Origin: Trichoplax sp. H2
Lineage: Eukaryota
DNA length: 64,000 nucleotides
Assembly: GCA_003344405.1 (NCBI GenBank)
Contig: NOWV01000013.1
Location: 372,001 to 436,000, forward strand
Reading direction: 5' to 3'
Below the pieces are notes generated by a model that was not told the origin of the DNA, made no database searches, and was given only the letters and a program-made list of their open reading frames with translations. Position 1 is the stretch's first letter. Each line of letters starts with the position of its first letter. Positions 28,386-41,347 of this stretch are shown piece by piece. A program made the position numbers and the translations under genes.

Positions 28386-29542
28386 AATATTTGTAATTTA
28401 TCTGTAATTTAGCTGTATATTCAGTTCATTCAAATTTACTAACGAAATTTAGATGTCATATATATATATAGACAGGTAGTGAAAGATCTACCGGACTTTA
28501 GTGAGCGTTATTATGAAACTGTTCAAGAATAAGCCTTACTGGACAGCTCGGTGCAGTAGAATACTGTACTGTGTACACCTTGCTCAAAGCGTAGGACTAG
28601 TCCGTGGCTGAAATTGTACTGTACTACAGTACAAGGTGTATATCTCTTTTCTCTTTCAGGTGTACTTGAAGTTATACATTGTATTCTGCACCTTTTGTGG
28701 CATGTTTCATGTTTTGTTAGTACATTACTGCAATGGAATTTCAAGAGCTTAAGTGGACACCATCAGTCATCTATGATACTAAACTTACCCAAGTGTAATG
28801 TCATGGATTACTAAATTTAATTAAAGCGTACGACTACAAGACAATATAGTAATCCGATACAGTGAGAAATCGTAGCCGCTGGTGACATCATTGGCTTGAT
28901 TTCATATTACGTATATGATCGTTACGTAGTAATGTACAATAATATTATTGGAGCACTGTTTGAGACACAGATATGAGTCATAGCATTGTGAATAGAACAT
29001 CAACTAAACAGAATTCTTATTTGCACGGCATGGTTAACTAAATAGTCTTTAACAGTAAACAATACTATACTGTACTGTAGAGTATACCACTTTTGCTCTT
29101 CCTTTGCGATATCTTGGCAACAATTGACACTGATCTTCATATAGGTACTATTTAACTTGAATTCTCAACCACTATGATGATTTACAGATGAGCTTTTACC
29201 TCCACTAGTATGAACGTATCAACTACGGACTACTCAACAATCCGCATAGTCTACTGTATGTTCCAAACACTGGAGTCGTGACCTCGTTGCCCCTCACTTA
29301 GTGTAGAGTATAGAGTACAGTACCGAACCGCTGCCATGTGTACCTCTAGTGGAGTAGTGATGTGCAGTAGACCATGTTATTGAATGCATAATAATTGAGA
29401 GACATTTGTGCATACATAACCACTATTAATATTATTATTATTAAATGTTTGTTAGTTTTAGAGTCGGACGAGGACGGAAATAAGAAATTTCCATCAGGAG
29501 ATTTGAATTTCAGTAACTTTGCAAAATGCTATTTGACCGCGC

Positions 29543-29584
29543 ACTGTAGACTGTAGACTGTAGACTGTAGACTGTAGACTGTAC
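29543..29584. repeat. (ACTGTAG)5 + ACTGTAC heptamer microsatellite upstream of HADHB
   Basis: Read directly from the sequence. Confidence 0.9.
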
Positions 29585-30033
29585 ACAAGGACAGCTCAGA
29601 AGTTGTGTGACCCGCGGGTCACTCACTCACCCCGTATACAGTACTGTACAGCTGTTTCATGAACAACACACACTCATGTATGAAACTCACTGGTCCACTC
29701 AGCCCAGTACGGTACAACCACATGTGCTGTCAAGGACTACTACAAGAATGGCGATGAATGGCACTAGCGGTGGTTGGAGCGCTGCGACTTGGCCTGCCGT
29801 GCCGTGCCGGACCGTACCGCACCGCACGGTATCGTTCTACATACAGTTTGCAGTAACAGTACCGCAAAGTAGAAGTCACAGGCTGACAGCTAGAGTTCAG
29901 GGCAAGTTGAACTCCATCGTAAGGAGACGAAGAAGAGCATCTCGTTAGAACCTAGATAGCCGCATTGATATCAGCGTGTTGTTCCGTTATTTGGCAGTAA
30001 TTTTTGAAATAGGATACTGTATTGGTAGCAGAA

Positions 30034-31434
30034 ATGGCATCAAGGATACTTTCTCAACCAGCAACTATGACATTCCGAAGGCTAACAAAGCAAATTTCAC
30101 CTCTAGCTAATTTTCCATCTGTTAGGATGGCATCTAAAGTCGCCACTTCCAAGATGCCCAATATTGTTTTAGTCGATGCCGCAAGAACACCTTTTTGCAT
30201 GTCTGGGACTCATTACAAAAATTTAATGGCGTATGATCTCATGCGTGGGGCAATGATAGAATTAGTTTCTCGAACAAACCTCCCAAAAGATGCTTTAGAC
30301 CATGTTACTGTTGGCACTGTTGTACAAGAAGCACAAACTTCTAATATCGCTCGAGAAGCACTATTAACTGCCGGCTTTTCCGATAAAGTTCCGGCTCATA
30401 CGGTAACGATGGCCTGCATATCGGCCAATCAAGCAATAACATCGTGTATGGGTTTAATTGCTACCGGCCAAGCCGATACGACTATTGCTGGCGGTGTAGA
30501 ATTTCTTTCTGATGTTCCTATTAGATTATCACGCGGACTACGTCAAAAATTGATGGATATGGCCAAAATTAAATCCGCCGGCGGTAAAATTACCTCCCTT
30601 GCTTCTCTAAAATTAAAAGATATTGGTTTAGAGCCACTGGGTGTATCGGAATTTTCTTCCGGCGAGACGATGGGCCATAGCGCAGATCGTCTAACTTCAG
30701 CATTTAAAGTTAGTCGCAATGAGCAAGACAGCTATAGCATACGTTCTCATACACTAGCTGCAAAAGCGACTAAAGAAGGAAATCTGAGTGATCTCTTTCC
30801 TTTTCAAGTGCCAGGCACTACTAATGTTGTCAGTGCTGATAATGGAATTAGAGTGTCAACACCAGAACAAATGGCTAAGTTAAGGCCAGCTTTTGTTAGA
30901 CCCTATGGTACTGTCACTGCTGCAAACTCCTCATTTTTGACGGATGGTGCAAGTGCTGCTTTAATTATGTCGGAGGAAAAAGCACTAGAATTGGGTTACA
31001 AGCCTAAGGCATACCTACGCCAATTTGTATACGTATCGCAAGATCCAAGAGAACAGTTGCTGTTAGGCCCTGCTTACGCCACTCCTGCTGTATTAAAGAA
31101 AGCTGGTTTAAATTTATCAGATATTGATGTTTTTGAATTTCATGAAGCTTTCGCAGGTCAGATACTAGCCAACTTGAAAGCCCTAGATTCTGATTGGTTT
31201 GCTCAAAAGTATATGGGCAGGTCAACCAAGGTCGGTGTTCCACAATTAGAAAAATTCAACTTATGGGGTGGATCTTTATCTATTGGACACCCCTTTGGTG
31301 CGACTGGTACTCGATTGGTATACCATGCAGCTGAAAGACTACGCAAAGAAGATGGGAAATATGCTTTAGTTGCTGCGTGTGCAGCTGGTGGTCAAGGCCA
31401 TGGCATTATTGTAGAGCGTTATCCATCTAAATAA
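30034..31434 (+). CDS. HADHB: Mitochondrial trifunctional enzyme beta subunit (3-ketoacyl-CoA thiolase), single coding exon
   Basis: Uninterrupted ORF (ATG at 30034) with an Arg/Ser-rich presequence, [14 protein letters not shown] (catalytic Cys), [47 protein letters not shown] and ACAAGGQG. Confidence 0.96.
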   Translation: MASRILSQPATMTFRRLTKQISPLANFPSVRMASKVATSKMPNIVLVDAARTPFCMSGTHYKNLMAYDLMRGAMIELVSRTNLPKDALDHVTVGTVVQEAQTSNIAREALLTAGFSDKVPAHTVTMACISANQAITSCMGLIATGQADTTIAGGVEFLSDVPIRLSRGLRQKLMDMAKIKSAGGKITSLASLKLKDIGLEPLGVSEFSSGETMGHSADRLTSAFKVSRNEQDSYSIRSHTLAAKATKEGNLSDLFPFQVPGTTNVVSADNGIRVSTPEQMAKLRPAFVRPYGTVTAANSSFLTDGASAALIMSEEKALELGYKPKAYLRQFVYVSQDPREQLLLGPAYATPAVLKKAGLNLSDIDVFEFHEAFAGQILANLKALDSDWFAQKYMGRSTKVGVPQLEKFNLWGGSLSIGHPFGATGTRLVYHAAERLRKEDGKYALVAACAAGGQGHGIIVERYPSK

Positions 31435-32915
31435 ATAATGATTTTAATTTTAATCAATAGTAGTATTATTGCTAATTCATTCGCAATTAAAAATAATATG
31501 TAAAAGGCCGCAACAATTCACAATGTACAGCAATATTGTTTTTGATATACGTGTATACCTTGTTAAAATATAGGCTGGGCTGTATTTTGTATCAAAATGA
31601 AAAATGTTGCTTTTTTATTCGATAACAACTACACCATGTAACTTCATGATCTCAGTAAAACAATACAGGTCTTCATCAAGCGTTCCACTAACATAATGAC
31701 GGTATACAGAACCGTTAAAAGTTAACAAAATGTTATACTACCCGCATGCGGTACTGAGATATTTACATAGGTTTTGATTGTATCACAACATATTCATTTT
31801 GCTCACAAAAGAATTTACTGGTATAGTATACTGTATAGGTTTTATGTTATACAAATGTTATAGCATGACTGCAACGTTGTATGCGGAATGTTTTGCTTAG
31901 GCAATTTATGCATCTAACATACGTATAGTATTATTATTGAACTTAAATCTAATAAAATGTGTTGCTGCAAGTCTTTATATAACGGCATTTAAATAAATAA
32001 ACAGTTTTCTCTTGTGAGGTAAATTAATTTAAATCATCAGATTTTTTGTTATTGCTTCGTAATTCAGATAAAAAGATAAAATGCTTGTTAACTTTAATTA
32101 TGATGCATTTGTAAACTTTAAATTCTATCGTATACGAGTAGTGGAGCCCGTAATACCCTAGTCTAATGGCATGGGTGCTAGATTTTCAATACTTTACTAT
32201 CCTAAATTATTATACACTAGGACTACTGTATTAAGTTCGTATGCTATTCTTGAATCGCTGGACAGTAACTTGCAAGTAGTTAAATGCTTTCTTTGGAAAA
32301 ATAGATCAGAATTTTTAGACAAAATCTATTGTAAATTCAGTTTTAATGCTCTCATTGGGTTAATTTCATTTAAGAAGAGTCGTTGTACATGTCATCATTG
32401 AGAGACAGGCATGGACGTTAGCTCATGCATCAACATTGCTTGATAAAATTATAATTATATGCGCAAAATCCTAAATGCACAAGTAAAGAAGCTGTCTATG
32501 CAATATACTAGAACCATATGTACAGTACACATTCATAAATGGACATAATTTATATTTCTACGACCAAGAAGAATGTGTGAAGTCGTGAAATTAACTTCCA
32601 TATTATATTTTAGTGCAATACATAAAGTGTATAATGATCATAAGCAATATACATAGTATATACGCGTATATCTTGTAAGTCTTGAAAGAATTGAATGCCC
32701 AAAACTATGTAACTTTTGCGATAAATTAACCGTTAAAACATGAAAACAGTTTCACATTTTTTCAGTATAGATTATACTGTACAATAACATACAGTGCATA
32801 TAGCATAAGTATCCATATAATCCATAAATGGCGATGATAGTTGTTAATTATGATTATACAATCAGTGGTCTGCAAAGATCTTTACTTTTAATGTAACCCA
32901 AGTACCACGGTAATA

Positions 32916-35546
32916 TTAATTATTTTGGGGCCACCAAAGTGGTTTGCTGGCTGTAAGAGTTACTTCAGTGTTGTTTGTTGTTTTAACAGATAACAATCCA
33001 GACAAGCTGCAAAACAATTATTCAATCAACGTCTGGCTTATTAGATTGTAAATCATTAGTACGAACTATGACGATTATAATAATAATAATACTTATAATC
33101 TACTGCAAGAATTGTATCTTTACAAAACTTAAAAACACTATGTAGTAACGACCCATGGTTGATAGAATTTGTGTACGGTGTAGATTAGCATTTACTGACC
33201 TATCAGCAATTCTTAGTAATGCAACCCCATACTTTCCCGAAAGAGCTCGTAGCTTGCCACAATTCTTATTCTTATCATTTAATACAGTTGAGCCAAGGAA
33301 AGCAGCATTATCGTCGCTAAAACATTGAAGTGTGCATAGAATTATTCTTGCGCAAAATTATAAAGTTCTTCATCATAAAGTAAGCATAGCATTAATAACA
33401 GAATGGGGTACGAATAGGATTAATTGATTAATTAATGATTCATTAACACTGTGTAGAATATCCTTCATTCGGTCTAGCGTATGTTCATAGTACTTACATT
33501 GGATTTAAGAAAATGACCGGCATGAGGCGTTTTCTTATAACGCCAGTGTGATAAGTTCTAGCAGTCAGTTCTTGTCCCAGATAGCATCCTTTATCAAATT
33601 TTACTGTAATTGGTAATTGACATATTTGTTAAAAGAATTGGATAATACTTTACTGATGCATGTACTATTACAGAACATGGCATACACGTACCTCCGTCAA
33701 GATAATCTAGATTGTATTCTAATGGTAATGATTCCCCTGTAATTACTTCTGATACTCCTTCACAAATTCCTAATTTCATGCGATCATCCACATATTCTTG
33801 ATAATTTACATTGGTTAAATTTTGAGCGTATTCAGATACTGTGTGAGGAAATATAGTAAAATCTTTATAGTTAACGAGTATAAGTAAAATTGAATAAAAC
33901 ATATTGCCCTAAATTTAACATCACGTAAATGATAGGTTAACGCATTTCGTCGATACAACGTACAATTCTTGTGACGAGGTATTATTATCCTCTCTCCTAG
34001 TTTTCTATGTTGACGCAAAATAAATTACAGACACATATTAATAGACTATAAATATAACAAATATACGTTAATATGAAATCATCGTATCATCATGCACTAT
34101 TTTTTGTAACTTACTGCAGACGAGGATCTTTTGTTCTTAGAATTGGCTCATTTTTAAATGCTAGCGATTCTCTATCATTATATTTAGCCCACCATACTGC
34201 TAACTCCTGATCTACATTGACGATGTCAACCTAGATGAATGTAATATTAGCCTGTTAGCATTCCTATCTTATGCTAGCAATCATATTGGATGAAACATTC
34301 GTTTAATAATAATACATACGTATGCACTCATCATGATTTATTGCATTTAATAATTTGGCCTCGATTTATTTCATATACTCGCATACAGGTATTAGAAAAT
34401 TATGCCAATACCTACCTTCGATCTTAATTTGTAAAATTTGCAGTGATTCTCGATTGCTGTATTTACGCGAACGTCACATTCTAAAAGGTAATATTCTTCA
34501 TCGTCATTTCTATTTTTATATAATAGGATATCGTATAAGATTCGACCCTAAAAATATAATGAATATGAAGAAATATGTAACATTGCCCATAGTTATTATA
34601 ATTTCCCGAAATTACTATTTATAAGTACAAGAACATAGCGAAGTATAATTATCATAGTACTGTAATTAATAATAATATCTATTTTATATAAACGTAACAA
34701 TAAAGATAATACTACAGCTAACCAGGTATCGAACAGGTCTAGGACATTATACCCTCATACTGGTATCATCGACTTGATAGAACAGTATAACAAATTGAAT
34801 AACTTGGATCATTCGGTGAATTTATTCCGATGTTTACACTTTGCGGGTATATTAATATCGCTTACTGTTAAGGTAATACATCCAAGTTCGATACGGAGTA
34901 GCCGCTAATGACAGACTCCTTATGTCGAAAAAGCATAAAATTCATCCAGATATCGAAGAACATACTCATGCATATAAGATTTCTGGGAAAGATGTACGAG
35001 TTATTCATCATAAATACTTATCGTCGTATAACTTATGTGAAAAAAAGCTACGACTAACTGATCTAATTACAGTATAATTACTAAACCGAGAGGCGTAGAC
35101 TCTCATAGTACCAGCACATTCATGCGAATTTACAGTACAGTATAAAAACCGTGAGAGCACGCCTATTACATCACGTCCACTCGTACAGTAACCTTAATAG
35201 GTAATAATTATTTGTGGAATCGATACAACTATGATCCTCCAGTTTAGTTAGAATCTCTAGAAAGTTTCATTCTTTAAGAATTTGATAGTTAGGCAAATCA
35301 TCTTTCTTTAGAAATTACCTTCGGATTCAACAACATGGCATAAGATGCCGGTTCTGTGGTATTGATGTCATTTGTAATCAAACCTTGTAGGAAAGTGGCA
35401 GCATCCGGACCGGATATCCTCAATAAAGATCGTTCGAGGAGAGGTGCACATTCAATACATGCCTGTAATGTGCTCTTATTTGTATATAATCGGTAAAGAT
35501 TTTTATTTATTATATTCTGTCTGAAAATTCTTGGCAAAATTTGCAT
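32916..35546 (-). CDS. IBA57: IBA57 / CAF17 / YgfZ-like mitochondrial Fe-S assembly factor, about 8 exons
   Basis: [45 protein letters not shown]...[12 protein letters not shown]; signature [22 protein letters not shown]; ends ...KPLWWPQNN*. Confidence 0.93.
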
Positions 35547-35644
35547 CCTGGAGCCGAATGCTTTTCCTTTACTACCACACAAGATGAGCGAGCCACTTAC
35601 TGAATATTTTCTATTGGGCGCTTATACAAGTTATACCGGGTTCG

Positions 35645-35820
35645 GATGTACATACTGTATACTGTACAGTATGTTATATAACGCATGCGTTATTCATTAT
35701 CAATAATGGGATCGTATGGCGCACTGCTACTGGCCACTAGTTGTGAGTACTCAGTACAGTACTGTACTATGTACTGTAGTCTACAGTACTTACTGTACTG
35801 TACATTACTGTACTGTACAC
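35645..35820. repeat. TACAG/CTGTA-rich tract upstream of IBA57
   Basis: Dense tactgtac/tacagtac words about 100-270 bp upstream of the ATG. Confidence 0.8.
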
Positions 35821-36364
35821 TCCGTGCACGTCTGGACTCGTTTCAGCTTTCAGCTCACGATCAGGCTGCACAAATCGGATGCATGTTTAGCTAAATTCGG
35901 AACTCTCTATTTCTTCTAAATTCACAGTCAATTTGCAAACTGTTGTGTCATAGCTCTGTTCCTTTATTAGCTTTCTGCTTGCGCTTGCAGTACGTCTATC
36001 TTAAGGATTAGACGTAAGCTGTAGTAAAACTCTAACAAACATACAGGATAGTTGTTTGTAAGTCAATTATAACAAGTACTGTACGTGCATAATAAATTTT
36101 AGATCTGTTAGAAATGGAATAAATTAACAATAATTCGGCTTCGTCATTTGGACTAAGTAACAATCAGTAAGAAGTGCACTGTATTGCATGATTGAGCTAG
36201 CGGCTAGAGTTGAAAGCAGCATTTTGGCAATAACAAATGGTGGATCAATTCGATTAGACAAATGGCTTAATTAGCCTTAATAATATCTCGATTATTAGCA
36301 TCAGTAAAACATCGAAAATCAATATACGCCTTTATGCACAAACCAAAATATGTAGAAGTTGCAA

Positions 36365-37255
36365 TTAATCGCCTCTGCTACCCCGAGGTGCTGCCGCTGT
36401 AATTTCTTCCCAATCTGGCCAGAACTTTTCTTTCATTCTTTCAACATAGTCTACTAAATTGGTTAGCTCTGTTGTTAGTAGTTGATAACAGTAGCCCGAC
36501 TTAGGCGTTGCATACAGGATATTCGCCAGACAGCCAAACATGCATGCATCTACTGTAGTAGGAGTATCTGCTAAAAAGTAATCTTTGCTTCCAAGAATTA
36601 CTGAAAAAGCTCTCAAATCCTGCTTGCCAATATGGTGTATCTCTTCCGTAGAATGTCTTCCAATACCATGTCCATACATATACTCAGAAACAATTTGCGG
36701 GCCTTGATTCTTGAAAAATGATCTCCAGTTTGGCCGGACGTCGATCATGTCAAGCCATTCTTCCTTTGCGTCGAAAATTCGAGTTTGTTCAATCGTAGCC
36801 CAAAATGTGTTCTCCTCCATGGTTTTAGTCAGTAATTGAGCCAATGCTTTCTTCTCAGAGCTGAGCTCTCGATCTAAATCAACTGAAAACTCTTTACTTA
36901 AATGCTCAATACAAAATGAGGAATCTGCAACTTCTTTATCATTGACGATGATCCAAGGTACTTTCCCTTTACTGGACATGGTAAAACTGTAGTCATTCTC
37001 ATAGGGAATATTTGCCATCCTTAAATAAGTTTCCAACTTGAGTGCAAAAGCAGCTAAGCTGGGTACTAAGCAGTTGCGGTCCACTTGAAAGAGTAGTACC
37101 TTGCCATGAGGAATATCGTAGTGTTTCCTGCGAGGTGCAGTAGGTCTGTAGATGCTGCCATTTTTGAACATGAAATATGTTGCAGCTGTGGCCGCTGCTA
37201 CGCCACAAGTAACTGCGATTGGATGATCGGAAGCAAAGGATAATAAATTGGACAT
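36365..37255 (-). CDS. FAXC: Failed axon connections homolog / metaxin-like GST-fold protein, single coding exon
   Basis: 296-aa ORF with an N-terminal hydrophobic anchor, PSLAAFALKLETYLRMANIPYE, SSKGKVPWI, VADSSFCIEHL, GHGIGRHSTEEI, PTTVDACMFG and ERMKEKFWPDW. Confidence 0.88.
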   Translation of the reverse strand: MSNLLSFASDHPIAVTCGVAAATAATYFMFKNGSIYRPTAPRRKHYDIPHGKVLLFQVDRNCLVPSLAAFALKLETYLRMANIPYENDYSFTMSSKGKVPWIIVNDKEVADSSFCIEHLSKEFSVDLDRELSSEKKALAQLLTKTMEENTFWATIEQTRIFDAKEEWLDMIDVRPNWRSFFKNQGPQIVSEYMYGHGIGRHSTEEIHHIGKQDLRAFSVILGSKDYFLADTPTTVDACMFGCLANILYATPKSGYCYQLLTTELTNLVDYVERMKEKFWPDWEEITAAAPRGSRGD

Positions 37256-37337
37256 TGCAGAGGTATGTTGCTTAGAATAAGATGAGAAGAGAAGCTAAAG
37301 GCGAAGGCTCGGTTGTTAAATAATAACCGAAGCAAGC

Positions 37338-37640
37338 ACGTACAGTACAGTAAATAGCTCAGCTCAGCTCAGCTAAGCTCAATCGACCAATAAGGCGCTT
37401 TGTACAGTGTACAGTGTACAGTGTACAGATTACAGTGCATTACACCGATAGACTGTATACTGTACACTGTAGTACCTGGCCCCATGCTCGTACCATAAAA
37501 TTGTGCAGTACTCTACGGTACTGTACTGTATGGTGGACTACCAGAAATTCTATACAGTACAGTACTGTACTGTCTAGCACTTTGCGCATCTCAGAATACG
37601 TACCCTCGACGTCAGAAGTTGCCTTAGCCTAAACCCTCCT
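37338..37640. promoter_or_regulatory. Putative bidirectional promoter between FAXC (-) and YJU2 (+)
   Basis: The head-to-head ATGs are 615 bp apart. The region has a TACAG tract, an (AGCTC)n run, CCAAT at ~37387 and a CRE-like cgacgtca at ~37607. Confidence 0.55.
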
Positions 37641-37869
37641 CGTCAAGTAAAATTAGTCGACTGTCTACCTCTATTTTCTTGTTTAGTTCTGCTTCTCATC
37701 CCTGTGCGGAAGTCATTTCTAGCATTGGTTGACTGAAAATCGAATAAATTCACCATCAGAGCGTAGGTGGCCATCGAGATTTCTTCTCCATTATACTGCA
37801 CTGTGCAGTGTACACAGTATACAGTGCTACAAATTTGCGATCATCGAAATATTCAGTACGTAGAGAGTC

Positions 37870-40271
37870 ATGGGTGAAAGGAAAGTCTTAAATGTAAGTA
37901 GAATGTTCTCTGTTTAGATATCTTTCTAGATAGGTCTTAAATCATGTTGTTATAGGATAGAATCAGCTGTACTGATCTTTATATTCTTCATCTATAGAAA
38001 TATTATCCTCCAGATTTCGATCCAAGTAAAATACCCAGATTAAGATTACCTAGAGATCGTCAATATACTGTTCGTTTGATGGCTCCTTTCAATATGAGGT
38101 AAGCAATCAACAATGTTGTCCTCATACTGCATTAGTTAAAGATACTTTTGTGGGTAGATTTTGACTCTCGTACTTCTTCCCGGCATAAAGTAGCGTATAA
38201 CTCAATTTCTTTACTCGATAGGTGTACGACATGTGGTGAATATATCTATAAAGGCAAAAAATTCAATGCTAGGAAGGTAATGCTATAAAAAGTTTTCTGT
38301 GTTGTTGAATAAGTTAAGAACGCAACTGCTAGCATAATTTGCTAACTAGATTGATTAAATATAATTGTTAGTAAATTAACAAACTATAAATTTTACTGTC
38401 TGAACAGTTTACAGCTGCCATGCGTATACTTTATTTATCATACTATAGTGATGTTAAAACTTCGTCCCTGTACAGTAACGTTTTAATTGGATAAAAGTTT
38501 TAGGTCATCATAAATGAACGTAGTCGTAGCACATCAGTAGCCGGTGTACGTGTATTTTCTCATAATGCGTACATTTGAGCTAAAAAATGGACACCTAACT
38601 GATCTAAATTTACTCGTGGAATTATCTCTGTAGAATATTCAAGCATAATGTCTACTGTTTAAATAGGAAACTGTGCAAAATGAAGAGTACTTAGGGATTA
38701 AGATATTCCGATTTTATATAAAATGTACCCGATGCCTTGCCGAAATCACTTTTAAGGTAAATTTTTATTAAATATTTCAATGGAATACATCTGCCTACTG
38801 TAGAGTAGTTATTGGTAGTCCTTTTGATACTTGCATTACTCATTCAATCTTGCTATTAGTAAAATAGTGAGGGAGTGTAACTTAATAACCCATTATTGAT
38901 GCAATTAATAAATTCCGTGTTGATACCTGCGTTGTATTGTCTTCGGTGTAACGTACAGGTATTCATAACCGAATCATGCGATACAGTAGTTAAATTTTCA
39001 TCTACGATATACGAAAATCTAACGTTTCCTATTTAATATGCTAAAATTTCATCATTGATCTTAGCCTGTATCCTAGTTCACGTACCTTTATTATCGTATA
39101 GAAATATCTATCATGCAACAACATGATAAATTGATAATAAAATATCCCTTATAGACAGATCCACAGAATACCGACTACGAATGTGAACATGGAGCAACGC
39201 GCAATTTTCAAGCACAAAAATTTGCAGAAGAAGAGGAAGAACTTAAAAAGCAACAAAGAGAAGAAGAGGAAATGAATAATCCAATGAAGGTTATTTTACC
39301 TATCTTTGTTAAGAAGACTCAAACTTCGATATAATCTCATACCATGTACCATTGCTGTAACGGTTCATTGATATCTTCTTGTAGGCATTGGAAAATCGAA
39401 CCAAAGATTCTAAGGCAGAAATGGATATGCTAGATACACTAGAAGAAATTAAGGATCTAAACGCTCGTAATGCTAAAGGTAAATAATACATAGTTTTGAA
39501 CCGATGATTCAACTAATATCGAATAAAAAATCATTCTCATTGTGATATTAACATGATTTAATAAACTAGTTATTTTCTTAATCTCGAAATTATTATTGTT
39601 ATCACAATATGCAACAGTCGATATTCGAGAGTTACTAGAAACCTATCACGAAGATTTTGTACAGGAGCTAATTGAAAAGCAAAAAGACGAAGAAGCGATA
39701 ATTCAGTAAGTGATGGATAAGAATTACTTTTTTATAATCTATTAGGTCAGGTTGGATGATTGTTAAACTTTCGATATCAGGCGAATGGTTTAAATTTTAA
39801 CCGTTTGTTAATAGAACAGTATTTCAAGCCGAAGTTAACAAAATTAAACGTCTCGATGATTCTGATGAAGATAATGATGATGAAATAGGAACAATAAGAA
39901 CACAAAATACAAATTCTACACTTCCTTCGAAAAGGTGCACGGATATCATGTTGCCGGTGAGTACATTGTTGCACCGTCTTATACCGTATATTAAATTGAA
40001 TATAATGTGAATCACCTATTCCTTCAACTGTGTTTCTAAATCTTTTATTGCATAGGATGCAAATGAACCAAGTCAAAAACGCAGAAAAAATGTGGACAAG
40101 ATGTCCCTGCTATCATCTATGGTAAAAGTGAAAAAAAAGCCATCCAATGCTGAAAACTTGTCAGCAAATAAGGCAAATGAAAGTTCTAATACTCCAAAGC
40201 TGCCCTCATCACAAGGTGGTTTGGGTCTTATTTCTAACTATTCAGGAACAAGTTCTGAAGATGATTCATAA
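37870..40271 (+). CDS. YJU2: Splicing factor YJU2 (CCDC94 / Cwc16), 9 exons
   Basis: [22 protein letters not shown]...[29 protein letters not shown]...[41 protein letters not shown]; ends ...SEDDS*. Confidence 0.95.
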
Positions 40272-41347
40272 TATCAAGTAATAGGAATAGCTTTTCTTTC
40301 AATATTTCGTGGTGAATTTCTTTGCTATTATTGCACTATTTAAGATTTGTCCATATATTGTTTTTTACTCAATGTAAAAAATTTTTATAGCGTAAGATAG
40401 AATTATGTAGTATTGTAAATTTATTTACTTTCCTTTGATAAATGACTGCAATGGGAGTAACTTATAAGCAGCCATGACAATCATGTTACTTAGTTTACAT
40501 TTACTGCCTCATAAGAAAAGTTCAAACAAATGAAAACATGAACAGCTTTAGTATTGTATCTGTACATAGTTTTACGACATAAACAGGACGGCGATATTGG
40601 CCCATGAGGTATGCTTCTAGCGCACGATTAAATAATATTTGAGTCATGAACTTATAATAAATTTTGTCAAATGGGCCCTTCTTGTAGTTTTGTCGACAAA
40701 TCATGTGACATCGCCTTTAACTTCAATTAAAAATGATTACCATGTTTCTAAAAGACTTGTTATCGTCATCAGCTTATCAATAAGCTGCTGCCTTCACTTT
40801 ATTTCGAACAAACAGTAACAGTTGGCTATTATTATTTGGATATATGATAACTCTAGGTCTAATAAAGACATTCTCAGTTATAGTATTAGATATATTAGTG
40901 TAATACACGCAATTCAAAGGCCAAAAATTTGTTTAGTTATAAAGCATCAAAACCTACTAATGTTACATAAAATTTCTTGGTAATGAAATTGCATCGAACA
41001 AATATTTTAATTAAGTTAGGATCCACCGATCCGCAATTAAATCCAGCTATTATAACTTGCTTCGATGATCGATATATAATTAATCTTTAAATTTAATCTT
41101 AACCTGGCTATAAACATTAATTACAGGCGTATGAATATTTAAACATATAACATGACGTTACATTAATGCATGTACATATAAAATGTTGTACATAAGACAA
41201 AGTTTATCATGAACAAAGGTGATTCGACTATAGTTAGCCTTAGTTTTAGGAACTTCGACGTTTGGTGCAGTAGCACAAAATCGGAAAAAATGATAATGTA
41301 CCTGCAGCCCCGTTTGAGGGACCGTAATGAAAGTACACTTCTTTCGG

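Noticed and set aside
31004-31243. Antisense ORFs inside HADHB, FAXC, YJU2 and the cyclin, and alternate-frame ORFs
   Set aside because: They are shadow ORFs of real coding sequence.
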